A stretch of DNA of 64,000 nt from Thermoanaerobaculia bacterium. Lineage in GTDB: Bacteria; Acidobacteriota; Thermoanaerobaculia; Gp7-AA8. This document shows, piece after piece, positions 1 to 9,616 of this stretch. Under the pieces are notes generated by a model that did no database searches, had not been told where the DNA came from, and saw only the letters and a program-made list of their open reading frames with translations. The translations under genes and the position numbers were made by a program. The stretch covers positions 65,687 through 129,686 of the forward strand of contig JAXDGW010000027.1 of NCBI GenBank assembly GCA_034664845.1, written 5' to 3'. Within the stretch, counting starts at the first letter, position 1, and every line of letters begins with the position of its first letter.

Positions 1-597
1 GTGGTCTGGAACGGCTCGGTATGGCTCGTCATCTGGGAAGAGCAGACGGTCACCGTCACCAGCGGCCCGGACTCCCATCTGGTCACCAAAGGGGCGGTCA
101 TCCGGGGAACCCGGCTTTCACCCGCGCTTACACCGCTCGACACCGAGCCGGTTCTGCTCATCGCCACGGCCAAAACGTCGATCTCCTCATCGCACCTTGC
201 CTCGGACGGCCACGACTTCCTCGCGGTCTGGTCGGACGCCACCGCGATTCATGCGCGGCGAATTTCCGCGGCGGGCGTCTTGTCGGAGGACCGGCAGGTC
301 GCGACAGGAAACGTCGAGGATCTCGTGTGGGACGGCGCCGCCTACTCGGTGGCGTTCACCACGCCGGACCTGCTCGATCTGGCCCTTCTGCGGCTACGCC
401 CCACCGGCCAGCCAATCGAATCGCTGCTCATCAACAGTGCGGCAGATGAAAAGCGCAGCGCCACGCTCGTCTCGCTCGGCGGAGGACGCGTCCTCGCGGC
501 CTACTCGCGTGTCGCGCACGAGGCGATTTACGGTGGCGTCGAGCGCGCCTTCATCGCCGCACCGCGTCCCGCGCGCGGACGTGCAGCTCGAAAGTAG
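1..597 (+). CDS. Secreted beta-propeller-like repeat protein, paralog A (5' truncated by window edge)
   Basis: ORF runs from the window edge to a TAG at 595-597. Recurrent ~50-60 aa units (SDGHDFLAVWSD, NGSVWLVIW, DGAAYSVAF). C-terminal tail VERAFIAAPRPARGRAARK is shared with the next two genes. Confidence 0.55.
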   Translation: MVWNGSVWLVIWEEQTVTVTSGPDSHLVTKGAVIRGTRLSPALTPLDTEPVLLIATAKTSISSSHLASDGHDFLAVWSDATAIHARRISAAGVLSEDRQVATGNVEDLVWDGAAYSVAFTTPDLLDLALLRLRPTGQPIESLLINSAADEKRSATLVSLGGGRVLAAYSRVAHEAIYGGVERAFIAAPRPARGRAARK

Positions 598-604
598 GTT
601 TGAC

Positions 605-2992
605 ATGAAGCGCTCGATCATCACGGCAATCTCGATCGGGTTCATCGCCGCGGCCTGCCTCGCCGAAATCGCCGGCGAACATCCCGTGTCATCGCCGGCA
701 TACGGCCCGCCACCGGGATACCGTCAAGCCACTGCCTCGGCATCCGACGGCCACGACTTTCTCGTCGCCTGGGTCGACACGACCCGCAGCCGTGGCTACA
801 GCTACGTGCGGATCTACGCAACCCGAATCAACGCCTCGGGTCAGGTGCTCGACCCACTCGGAATTCGCATTCCGACGCTCACGACAACAATCACGACGAA
901 TCCCACGCAACTCAATGTCGTCTACCTCGGCAATGCGTACCTCGTCTGCTGGAACGAAGGAGACGCCAGCGTATCCACGTCGACAGGGGAGCCGCTGGTG
1001 GGCGTTCGGATCAGCTCCCAGGGACAACTGCTGGACTCCACGCCACGCGTCTTCGCAGAGAAAGCGCGGTTGAACACCGGAGGCGTCGCAAGTAATGGAA
1101 GCCGCGCCGTCATTGCTTACACCACCCCGATCGCAGCCAGCCCGCGCGAAAGCCTGATGACTCTCATCCTCGACCGTGACGCCAACATCGTCGACGGTCC
1201 CAGGACAATCCCCAACCCCGACGGCACGTCAAACGAAACTGTTTTCGCGGCATCGAATGGCCGAGGCTTTCTCGTGGTCCGGACGTTCGGAAACGTCAGC
1301 TTCACGGCCACGACCGCGCTCGACGCGAACGGCGCTCCGCTCCCGGACGCACCGCTCATCCGAGACACTCCCGGACCCATCTTCGGTCTCGCATCCGATG
1401 CCGACAGTTACGTGGGCCTCTTCGAAGCTCCCGGGAAAATCGGCGCACAACACTTCGGCTCCTCCGGAGAAATCCTCGAGACGTCTCTCTTTCCGCTCCA
1501 GCAGATTCTTCCCGACTACTACCGGCATCAGCAGTCCTTTCAAGGCTTCGTCTTCAACGGTGACTCCTACCTGTTCATGGACGGCGATCCCACGCAAAAA
1601 ACGCTCGGCGTCCGGCGGCTTACCCGAGCCGGGCAACTCGTTGGCGGATACATCCCGATCGCGAAAGCATCCGGCTCCTTTTCAACCACTCTATGGGCCA
1701 CTACGCTGGCGTCGAACAGCTCCAGCGCGTTCGCGGGATGGGTGGAGTTGCAGGCCCGAAATCAGATTTTCAGCGGCTCCGTGATCGAAGCGCCATCGCT
1801 TGCCGCATCAGCGCCGTTCGTAATCGCTCGCGCCGCAGCCACGCAGATCGCGCCCGACGCCGCAACGAGCGGCACGAACACGGCCATCGTCTGGAATGAA
1901 GGCGACGGCGTGTATGCGGGGCGGCTCACGCTCGACGGGCAAATGTTGGATGGCAGAGGCATCCGAATCAGCGCATTGAGCCCCAACACATCGATCGCCA
2001 CGCAACCGAGCATCGCCTTCGACGGAGCGAACTACATCATCGCCTGGATCGAAAATCCGCCGAATTCGTACGACTTCATCCTGAAAGTGGCGCGCCTCGC
2101 GCCCGGCACAGGCGCGATCCTCGATCCGAACGGCATCGCCATCTACCAGAACGCTTTTGGCGCCGTGGCACTCTCATCGAGCCCGAACGGAACCCTCATG
2201 GCATGGGCAGTGGGCACGAACAAGATTCTAGCCACGATCCTCGCCCGCGATCTCTCGCACGGTCCAGCGGTCACCGTCAATCCGTTGGAGCAGATCGGCG
2301 GCGGCAACATCTCGGCAGCATGGAACGGTTCCGAGTGGCTTCTGGCATGGATAAAGCCCGTATACCCGCCCGACGGCGGCCCCATTTGCGACCCAACGCC
2401 GTGCTTCGAGTATCAGACCTATGCCGCCCGGCTGTCGTCCCAACTGACGCTGCTCGACCCGGCATCCATCGTCGTCTCCACCACGGCCGCTGGCTCCAAT
2501 CGGCCACTCGTTGCATCCGACGGCGACGGCTTTCTCGTCGCCTGGTCGGGCTACGGAGATTATGACTACACGGGGCAAGGTGGATATTTGTCTGCCGTCT
2601 TCGCGCAGAGGATTTCGCGGGACGGCACGCTCGCGGCACCCATCAACGGCGTTCGTCTCGCTGCCGGCCAGGTCAGGAGCATCGCCTGGGATGGTCTGCA
2701 ATACGACATCGCGTTCTCCGCGAGGCGCTACCCTCCATATTCTGCCTGGTCCTTCACGTCCCACATGGCCACGCTCAACGTCACTCATGTTGCCGCCCAC
2801 GGAGCAATCGAAAGCCTCGCGCCGCTGACGGTCGTCACCGATCTTTCGGACCCTGAAGCCGCTCTGATCGTCACCGGAACGGGCCGCGTCGCCATCGCCT
2901 ACACACGCGTCGCCTCGGAGCCCGAGTATGGCGACGTTGAACGTGTTTTCGTTTCCGCTCCTCACGCGCTTCGTGGGCGCGCAGCGCGGTAG
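605..2992 (+). CDS. Secreted repeat protein, paralog B (signal peptide, multiple D/N-G-x-x-F/Y-L-V-A-W blades)
   Basis: ATG at ~605 lies 8 nt after the paralog A stop. N-terminal hydrophobic signal MKRSIITAISIGFIAAACLA. Repeats: ASDGHDFLVAWVD, NGSEWLLAWIK, SDGDGFLVAWSG. C-terminal YTRVASEPEYGDVERVFVSAPHALRGRAAR. Confidence 0.6.
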   Translation: MKRSIITAISIGFIAAACLAEIAGEHPVSSPAYGPPPGYRQATASASDGHDFLVAWVDTTRSRGYSYVRIYATRINASGQVLDPLGIRIPTLTTTITTNPTQLNVVYLGNAYLVCWNEGDASVSTSTGEPLVGVRISSQGQLLDSTPRVFAEKARLNTGGVASNGSRAVIAYTTPIAASPRESLMTLILDRDANIVDGPRTIPNPDGTSNETVFAASNGRGFLVVRTFGNVSFTATTALDANGAPLPDAPLIRDTPGPIFGLASDADSYVGLFEAPGKIGAQHFGSSGEILETSLFPLQQILPDYYRHQQSFQGFVFNGDSYLFMDGDPTQKTLGVRRLTRAGQLVGGYIPIAKASGSFSTTLWATTLASNSSSAFAGWVELQARNQIFSGSVIEAPSLAASAPFVIARAAATQIAPDAATSGTNTAIVWNEGDGVYAGRLTLDGQMLDGRGIRISALSPNTSIATQPSIAFDGANYIIAWIENPPNSYDFILKVARLAPGTGAILDPNGIAIYQNAFGAVALSSSPNGTLMAWAVGTNKILATILARDLSHGPAVTVNPLEQIGGGNISAAWNGSEWLLAWIKPVYPPDGGPICDPTPCFEYQTYAARLSSQLTLLDPASIVVSTTAAGSNRPLVASDGDGFLVAWSGYGDYDYTGQGGYLSAVFAQRISRDGTLAAPINGVRLAAGQVRSIAWDGLQYDIAFSARRYPPYSAWSFTSHMATLNVTHVAAHGAIESLAPLTVVTDLSDPEAALIVTGTGRVAIAYTRVASEPEYGDVERVFVSAPHALRGRAAR

Positions 2993-3008
2993 GGAAGGAG
3001 AAAAAACA

Positions 3009-5153
3009 ATGCGCCGATTCGCGCCCGCCGCAATCCTGCTGCTACTCGCAACCGCAGGCTTCGGCCAGATCACATCGGAGCGTCCGGTCTCGACGCCGGT
3101 CTACGCGCCTGTTGACGCCTTCAGCAGCGCCTCCATCGCCTCCAATGGCGACGGGTTCCTGGCCGTGTGGGGCGACGGCAGAGCCAACTGGGCCGTGTAC
3201 GCGTCGCGCATCGACCGGTACGGCACGGTTCTCGACCCACTCGGGATTTACGTCGCCGCATACGATGGCTCGTATGCCTCGGTCGCCTGGAACGGCGACG
3301 CGTATCTGGTGGCCTGGTCCAATCCGAACGGGATCGCCGCGGCGCGCATCGCTCCCGATGGGCGCATCGTCAATCCGCCGCATCTCATTCTGCAGGGCAA
3401 CATGCTGCTTGCTTTCGCTGCCAATGCGAATGTGAGCGTGTTCAGGACTAACGAAGGCTACGCAGTCTTCGACCGCGACATGCGCCTCACCGGCTCGGGA
3501 ACCCTCTGCTGTTACCAGTCGCCGCAAAAGACCGGTCCGGACGAGTTCACCATCTTTGCAACAGCCGGTCTCGGTTCTCCAAACGTCACGTACCCCACTC
3601 TCCGTCTCGATTCATTCGGCCATCCCGTCTCCTCGGCCACTCTGCCGGCGCGGATTGACGGAACCATCAGTTGCCACCGCCAGGATTGCATCCGGGTCGC
3701 CTTCAATGAAGCAACCAAACGTCTCGACGTGATGCGCTACGACCCGATCGCGATGAAGAGCGGCACACCCTTCGACATGGGGATTCCCTGGGCTCCTCTC
3801 AACCTCCTGGCCACCGACTGGGGATACCTTCTGGTCTTGAGCTCGAACAAAACCTATCGATTGGATATGCAAGGCAACCCGAGCAGCGCCGTCAGCTCGA
3901 AGTGCTGTCCGAATACTGAGAGTTTTTCCGTCGCATCGAATGGCCGCGACGCCGTGATGCTCCGGCGAAGCTACTCGTCTCTGACCGCTACACTGATCAC
4001 GCCAACGACCGAGGGAGAGCCGCACGACGTCGCGATCAGCGCCACGTCTCAGGAGTACCCCGCCATCGCCCGCGGCGCCTCGAACTACCTCGCGGCGTGG
4101 ACGGAACACGACGGCATCTATGCCGGGCGCCTCTCCTTCGACGGAACGATCCTTGACGGCCGCGGACATTTGATTCGCAGCCGAAAGGGAGACCCCACCC
4201 CCTATGACGGGCCGCTTCAATGGTCCTCATCCGTGGCCTTCGACGGCACGTCCTACATCGTCGCGGCGTCGGCTGCGTTTGATCCCAATATCTACGATCC
4301 AAATGGAACCGCGGGCCGGTCGATTACCGTGGCGCGCGTCGATCCGGCTACGGGCGCGACTCTGGCCTCGAGCACGATCTGCGGCAACGAGATGCGCATC
4401 GCCCGCAATGGCAGCGCCACCCTTGCCGTCTGGATCGACTGCGCCGGCAGCGTCGTCGCTGCGTATCTGGACGTGAACGGCGCGCCGGCGTCGCTGCCCG
4501 TAACGCTGGCCAGATCAGCGACTGCCGCGTTTGGGAGTCCGTCCCCCGGAAAGCCATCGCTGGCCTGGAACGGCACGGAATGGCTCGTCACCTGGCATCT
4601 GCAGTACCTCTATCAACTTGACACGCCGTTCAGTGGCACAGCCATCGAAACGTACGGCGTTGCCGGAATGCGGCTCTCCGGCGCGCTTACGCCCCTCGAC
4701 AGAAAACCCATCCCGATCACTACCGGATGGATGACCTACCCGTCGTCGCGTGTGGCCTCTGATGGTCATGACTTCCTCGCCGTCTGGGGCGAAGGCACCG
4801 CCATTCACGCCCGGCGCATCTCCGCATCTGGAGAGGCTCTTGCGGAGCAAACCGCAGGCGTAGGCGCGCTGGTCGGGGATCTCGTATGGGACGGCGCGGC
4901 GTACTCACTGGCGTATGTCACCGCGACGGGCAATCTGTCACTTGTGCGCCTTCGCGACCAGGTTGGCCAGCCGCTGACCATCGACGCGGTCTCAGCCACC
5001 GGCGCGGCCTTGACGACGGCCGGCGACGGAGGCGTGATCGTCGCGTACACGCGCATCGCGCGCGAGCCTCTGTACGCAGGCGTGTCGCGAGTCTTCGTGT
5101 CCGCCCCGCATCCCTTCACAGGTGGACGGCTACCGGGAAGAAGAGCACCGTGA
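3009..5153 (+). CDS. Secreted repeat protein, paralog C
   Basis: GGAAGGAG RBS precedes ATG at 3009. Signal peptide MRRFAPAAILLLLATAGFG. Same repeat units (SNGDGFLAVWGD, NGTEWLVTWH, SDGHDFLAVWGE). Conserved C-terminal YTRIAREPLYAGVSRVFVSAPHPF plus an Arg-rich tail. Confidence 0.6.
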   Translation: MRRFAPAAILLLLATAGFGQITSERPVSTPVYAPVDAFSSASIASNGDGFLAVWGDGRANWAVYASRIDRYGTVLDPLGIYVAAYDGSYASVAWNGDAYLVAWSNPNGIAAARIAPDGRIVNPPHLILQGNMLLAFAANANVSVFRTNEGYAVFDRDMRLTGSGTLCCYQSPQKTGPDEFTIFATAGLGSPNVTYPTLRLDSFGHPVSSATLPARIDGTISCHRQDCIRVAFNEATKRLDVMRYDPIAMKSGTPFDMGIPWAPLNLLATDWGYLLVLSSNKTYRLDMQGNPSSAVSSKCCPNTESFSVASNGRDAVMLRRSYSSLTATLITPTTEGEPHDVAISATSQEYPAIARGASNYLAAWTEHDGIYAGRLSFDGTILDGRGHLIRSRKGDPTPYDGPLQWSSSVAFDGTSYIVAASAAFDPNIYDPNGTAGRSITVARVDPATGATLASSTICGNEMRIARNGSATLAVWIDCAGSVVAAYLDVNGAPASLPVTLARSATAAFGSPSPGKPSLAWNGTEWLVTWHLQYLYQLDTPFSGTAIETYGVAGMRLSGALTPLDRKPIPITTGWMTYPSSRVASDGHDFLAVWGEGTAIHARRISASGEALAEQTAGVGALVGDLVWDGAAYSLAYVTATGNLSLVRLRDQVGQPLTIDAVSATGAALTTAGDGGVIVAYTRIAREPLYAGVSRVFVSAPHPFTGGRLPGRRAP

Positions 5154-5172
5154 AACGCTAGAATCCAATGTC

Positions 5173-5910
5173 ATGACCACGACCACCGAACCGCAAGCAA
5201 AACCCGCAGCGTCTGACGCAACCCCCGCGCCGCGCCAGTTCGTCAACTTCATGTTCTTCAAAGTCGATCGCGCCTTCCGCCGCGAGACAGCTGCGGTGCG
5301 CGCCGAGGCGAAGGCTGAGTTCGCGGAGGTCGTGAGCAAATACACCGGCCCGATGATGGTGCTCCCCTACTCGACTGTCGGCCTGAAATCGAACACCGAC
5401 TTCATGTTCTGGCGCATCGGCTACGACATCGATCCCTTCCAGCAAATGGCCGCCGGCATCAACAAATCCATCCTCGGCCGCTATCTCGACATACCGGTCT
5501 CGTACTTCTCGATGACGAAGCACTCGCAATACGTCGACGAGCATTTTCACGAAGGCCAGGAAGGCCGCCGCCTTCGCATCGTCCCCGGCAAGAAGCCCTT
5601 CCTCTTCGTCTACCCGTTCGTGAAGACGCGCGACTGGTACCTGCTGCCGCAGAGCGAACGCCAGCGCATCATGAATGAGCACATCGCCATCGGCCACAAA
5701 TACCCCCGCGTGAAAATCAACACGACGTACTCCTTCGGCCTAGACGATCAGGATTTCGTCGTCGCCTTCGAAGCCGATTCCGCAGCGGAGTTTCTCGACC
5801 TGGTGCAGGAATTACGCGAGACGGAGTCGTCGAAGTTCACGCAGCGCGATACGCCGATGTACACGTGCCGGCGGGCGACGGTGGAGGAGATTTTGGATTC
5901 GTTGGCGTAG
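5173..5910 (+). CDS. Chlorite dismutase family protein (HemQ/ChdC-like coproheme decarboxylase)
   Basis: Motifs typical of the Cld/HemQ family (FMFFKVD, YPFVKTRDWYLL, ERQRIMNEHIAIG, YSFGLDDQDFVVAFE). Internal ATG at 5173 avoids overlap with the upstream gene. Confidence 0.7.
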   Translation: MTTTTEPQAKPAASDATPAPRQFVNFMFFKVDRAFRRETAAVRAEAKAEFAEVVSKYTGPMMVLPYSTVGLKSNTDFMFWRIGYDIDPFQQMAAGINKSILGRYLDIPVSYFSMTKHSQYVDEHFHEGQEGRRLRIVPGKKPFLFVYPFVKTRDWYLLPQSERQRIMNEHIAIGHKYPRVKINTTYSFGLDDQDFVVAFEADSAAEFLDLVQELRETESSKFTQRDTPMYTCRRATVEEILDSLA

Positions 5911-5992
5911 GGTGTGTCAATCACAAGTCTCGGCGATTGCGCGCTACAGGATACCCGCTCAGCTAAGATGTAAGCTATTCTGACGGCGGAGC

Positions 5993-6706
5993 TTGGCAAA
6001 GATGAAGACGCTTCGCGACTGGTGGAGGCTGAAGGGCAAGATCGCCGCTTACCAGATCATCCTTCTATTTCTTGTATTGGGATCATTGTTCAAAAACGTC
6101 CCCGCCATCAAAGCGCTTCTACCGGACGATCGGATCGCAATCCTGTTCTTAGCGGCAGCGCTATTTCTGCTACTACAGATCATCATGGCGCTTCTAGGAG
6201 ACAAGGTGGACGATGTTCGCATCGTAACTTTGAATCCGACGGCTCCAGATTTTATCAAATCAGTGATCAAGGCGAAGAATCTCGACGTCGCTTTTAGCTC
6301 AACCGAAACGTTATTTCCTTTCATACAGGAAGCACTATTAACAGCAACTATCGATTGCCGAGTACTGCTGCGCAATCCAGAGGCTGGCAACGAACGGATG
6401 AAACACAAGCTCCTAGACTACGAAGAGCGTTGGAAGGCCTTGAGCGAGACCAACCCTAACTGCAAGGTCGCTGTTAAATATTGCAACAATACAGTGTTTC
6501 GCTTGGTTATTCTCAACAAAACCGAAGTCTACTTTGGTTTTCATAAGGCAGCAGGCCGCCGACTTCTAGGCTACAACATTCCGATGCTCCACGTCGAACC
6601 TGGAACAGTGCTGGGCGATTACTTTGTGATGGTAGCTACGAACAGATTCGAGGCGAGTTGGGCCGAAGGCACTGACGTTATCAGTGAACGACCTTCACTA
6701 GTTTGA
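5993..6706 (+). CDS. Membrane protein, unknown function (low-GC island gene 1)
   Basis: Two or three N-terminal hydrophobic helices (IILLFLVLGSLF, ILFLAAALFLLLQIIMALL) followed by a soluble domain. Local GC is clearly lower (~50%) than the flanks. Confidence 0.5.
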   Translation: MAKMKTLRDWWRLKGKIAAYQIILLFLVLGSLFKNVPAIKALLPDDRIAILFLAAALFLLLQIIMALLGDKVDDVRIVTLNPTAPDFIKSVIKAKNLDVAFSSTETLFPFIQEALLTATIDCRVLLRNPEAGNERMKHKLLDYEERWKALSETNPNCKVAVKYCNNTVFRLVILNKTEVYFGFHKAAGRRLLGYNIPMLHVEPGTVLGDYFVMVATNRFEASWAEGTDVISERPSLV

Positions 6707-6707
6707 G

Positions 6708-7400
6708 TTGATAGCGATGAGAAACGAAATTGTGCTGATCGGGCCGTTGTCGGCGGGTAAGACAAGCGTAGCCTTATACGTGTCAACTAGGCTTCGAAAG
6801 CCAAACTATCCACTGGATCGGATCAAGTGGTATTACCGATTCCGCAATGGGTACGATTTGGCGCGCGGTACGGTCATACTGCGCTCGGCTGGGTTCGCTG
6901 CGCTGCTGGAGTACGCGAAGCCATATTTCTCCATGACCGACCTTAAGAGGTTTTTGGAGGAGTTTAAGGGCGGTGTCATCGACTTCGGTGCAAGCCACTC
7001 CGTCTTTGAAGATCGCGGATCTCTATGGGAAGCTCAACACATACTCAAGCCATTCATTAACGTCGTGCTCCTTCTGCCGACGCCAGATCCGCATCTAAAT
7101 ATCAGCATTCTGAGCGAGCGTATCCGGCAAAGATACAGCGAACGGGAAAGAACGCTCCACATCATCGAGTCATATGTGGACGTTAACAAACGCTTTGTGC
7201 TGAGCCCTTCAAATGCAACACTAGCAAAGCACACCGTCTACACTGAGGGGAAAACGGTAGAAGAGACCGGGGAGGAAGTTATTGCGAAATGCGGACTTAC
7301 CCCCATTGGCAATATTGGCGCAGATTCGAGAGATGAGGCGGGGTTCCTAGAATCCGCCGTATGGAGCGAGGCTCGAGCCGTCGTTCCGCCGTTCGCTTAG
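6708..7400 (+). CDS. P-loop NTPase/kinase-like protein (low-GC island gene 2)
   Basis: Walker A motif IGPLSAGKTS near the N-terminus. Start lies 2 nt after the upstream stop (translational coupling). Same low-GC composition. Confidence 0.55.
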   Translation: MIAMRNEIVLIGPLSAGKTSVALYVSTRLRKPNYPLDRIKWYYRFRNGYDLARGTVILRSAGFAALLEYAKPYFSMTDLKRFLEEFKGGVIDFGASHSVFEDRGSLWEAQHILKPFINVVLLLPTPDPHLNISILSERIRQRYSERERTLHIIESYVDVNKRFVLSPSNATLAKHTVYTEGKTVEETGEEVIAKCGLTPIGNIGADSRDEAGFLESAVWSEARAVVPPFA

Positions 7401-7441
7401 GACAGCGTCCGGCCTTCGGATTCTTGCCCCGAATCCGTCTG

Positions 7442-7681
7442 TCACGAGTGTTGCGTCCCACGGACCACCATCGCCCCCACCGCCGCCGCCACAATTCCCC
7501 CTCCCAGCACCATCATCGTCATCGGCAATCCACGGTGCTCGGCGATCGCGCCGGCGAGGAGGTTTCCGAAGGGGAGGAAGCCGAAGAAGCCGAAGGTGTA
7601 CATGCTGAGGACGCGGCCTCGCATCGTGTCGGGGACGCGTTGCTGGATGGCGGTGTTGCAGAGTGCGACGCAGACGACCAT
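7442..7681 (-). pseudogene. MFS transporter C-terminal remnant (5' part of gene missing)
   Basis: 79-aa ORF with typical MFS C-terminal helices (RGRVLSMYTFGFFGFLPFGNLLAGAIAEHRGLP). No in-frame upstream continuation; the repeat element at 7740-7930 follows immediately. Confidence 0.5.
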
Positions 7682-7739
7682 GGCGCAGCCGCAGATGGCC
7701 AGCAGCGGGACGATGTGCGATAGTCGGATTCGTAGAAAG

Positions 7740-7930
7740 CCTCAAACACGTTGTCGGTTGTCGGTTGATTGCGCTTCGCGCGTTAGAGACCGGAGACGCT
7801 GACATGGAGCGAAGCGCCGGAACACAACGCCGAACGCGCCACGCGAAGATAACCGACAACCGACAACGCGCGAAGCGCAACTAACCGAGAACGCGCGAAG
7901 CGCAGCAACCCAACGCGCGAAGCGCAATAA
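7740..7930. repeat. Composite repeat region: inverted GTCGGTTGTCGGTTG/AACCGACAACCGACAAC motifs plus three copies of ACGCGCGAAGCGCA
   Basis: Read directly: gttgtcggttgtcggttgattgcgcttcgcgcg at ~7748-7780 and gataaccgacaaccgacaacgcgcgaagcgcaa at ~7845-7878. These are followed by cgcgaagcgca repeats ~22 bp apart. Confidence 0.6.
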
Positions 7931-7937
7931 AAGTACA

Positions 7938-9482
7938 ATGCGCCGCTCTATGCCCGAAGCAGACCGGCGGCGTTCCGAGCGGCTTACCCTTCCCTCCCCG
8001 ATTCCTGCGCGTGTGGCCGAGAACCCCGTCCGCATCATCGACATCGGTCTCCTCGGTACGCGCATCGAGCACGACGAGCCGCTCATGGCCGGCCCGCACA
8101 CGCTGCACTTTGCGTGGGACGGCGAAGAGATCGAGATCGACTGCACGATCGTTCGCAGCGAGCGCTCCACGAACGCGTTCAACAGCGGCCTTCAGTTCAG
8201 CGACCGCGATCAACTCCTCCTCGGGCGCATCGTCTCCACGCTCGCCGACCGCGACGAGATGGAGCGCTTGCGCACGCTCGTCGAGGCCTCGAAGCTGATC
8301 AACTCCTCGATCGAGCCCAACGCGCTTTTCGCCTCAATCCTCACCGTGGCCCGCAACGAGCTGCACGTCGAGCGCGGCACGCTCTACTTCGTCGACGATC
8401 AGAAGAAAGAGATCTGGACGAAGATCGCAGGCGAGCTGGCCGGCGAGATCCGGCTGCCGATCGGAAAAGGTCTGGCCGGAAAAGTTGCGGAGACCGGCGA
8501 GGCCGTCATCCTTCACGACGCCTACAAGGACCCGCGCTTCGACCGCTCGCTCGATCAGAAGACCGGCTACCGGACGCGCTCGATGCTCTGCGTTCCGATC
8601 AAAAACCACGGCGAGCGCGTAGTCGGCGTGCTGCAGCTTCTCAACAAAACGAACGGCTCGTTCGGTCCGCGCGACCTGGAGTTCCTCAGCGGCATCTCCG
8701 ATCACATGGCCATCGCCATGGAGAACGCCACGCTGCATATGGAGCTGCTGGAGAAGCAGCGCATGGAGCAGGAGCTGGCCCTCGGGCGCGTGATCCAGAA
8801 TGGCCTGCTACCGTCGGCGCCGGTCGACATACGAGGGATCGAGCTCGGCGCGCTCAGCCTGCCGTGCTACGAGGTCGGCGGGGACTATTTCGATTTCATC
8901 GAGCTCCCCGGCGGCGACCTCGGCCTGGCCATCGGCGACGTCTCCGGCAAAGGCGTTGCCGCCGCGCTGATCATGTCGAGCGTGCAGGCGGCGTTGCGCG
9001 TGGCCGCACCGATCGAGGACGATCTCGCGCGCCTCGTGGCCCGTCTCAACGCGCTGATTTTCCGCAGCGCCAGCGGCCGCAAATACGCGACGTTTTTCTT
9101 TGCCCGCTACTCGCCCGCAACCGGCGTGCTTCGCTACGTGAACGCCGGCCACAACCCGCCGATTATCGCCACCGCCGAGGGGCTGACGGAGATCGCATCG
9201 ACGGGGCGACCGATCGGCATTCTTCCCGAGTCGTCGTACAGCGAAGGAACGATCGAGCTGCCGCACGGTTCCGTGCTATTCCTCTACACCGACGGCCTCA
9301 ATGAAGCCGCCGACCCCGACGAAGTCGAATTCGGCAACGACAAGCTGCGCGAGCTCTTCCTCGCCCAGCGCAACGAAGCGACCAACGAAATCCCCTCGCG
9401 CGTCCTCGCCGCCGTGACCGCATTCGAGCGCGGAGCAAAAGCGACAGACGACAAGACGATCGTGGTGATGCGGCGCGTGTGA
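7938..9482 (+). CDS. PilZ-GAF-PP2C (SpoIIE/RsbU-type) serine phosphatase
   Basis: N-terminal PilZ-like segment (RRSERL...HTLHFAWDGEEIEIDCTIV). Central GAF domain. C-terminal PP2C motifs (GDVSGKGVAAAL, LFLYTDGLNEA). Confidence 0.7.
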   Translation: MRRSMPEADRRRSERLTLPSPIPARVAENPVRIIDIGLLGTRIEHDEPLMAGPHTLHFAWDGEEIEIDCTIVRSERSTNAFNSGLQFSDRDQLLLGRIVSTLADRDEMERLRTLVEASKLINSSIEPNALFASILTVARNELHVERGTLYFVDDQKKEIWTKIAGELAGEIRLPIGKGLAGKVAETGEAVILHDAYKDPRFDRSLDQKTGYRTRSMLCVPIKNHGERVVGVLQLLNKTNGSFGPRDLEFLSGISDHMAIAMENATLHMELLEKQRMEQELALGRVIQNGLLPSAPVDIRGIELGALSLPCYEVGGDYFDFIELPGGDLGLAIGDVSGKGVAAALIMSSVQAALRVAAPIEDDLARLVARLNALIFRSASGRKYATFFFARYSPATGVLRYVNAGHNPPIIATAEGLTEIASTGRPIGILPESSYSEGTIELPHGSVLFLYTDGLNEAADPDEVEFGNDKLRELFLAQRNEATNEIPSRVLAAVTAFERGAKATDDKTIVVMRRV

Positions 9483-9616
9483 TTGTGCGGTAGCGAGGTT
9501 GCAGGGTTTCGAGGTCTCGCGGGAACGAAACATGGCTTCACCCCCGCGTAACCCCCAAACCTCGTAACTTCGCACCCGCCAACACGGCACCCCTTTCGCA
9601 GCGCACTCAACCGCAC

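Noticed and set aside
7347-7880. 177-aa minus-strand ORF
   Set aside because: Arg/Pro-rich low-complexity translation spanning the repeat region; the nested frame encoding the MFS C-terminus is the meaningful one.
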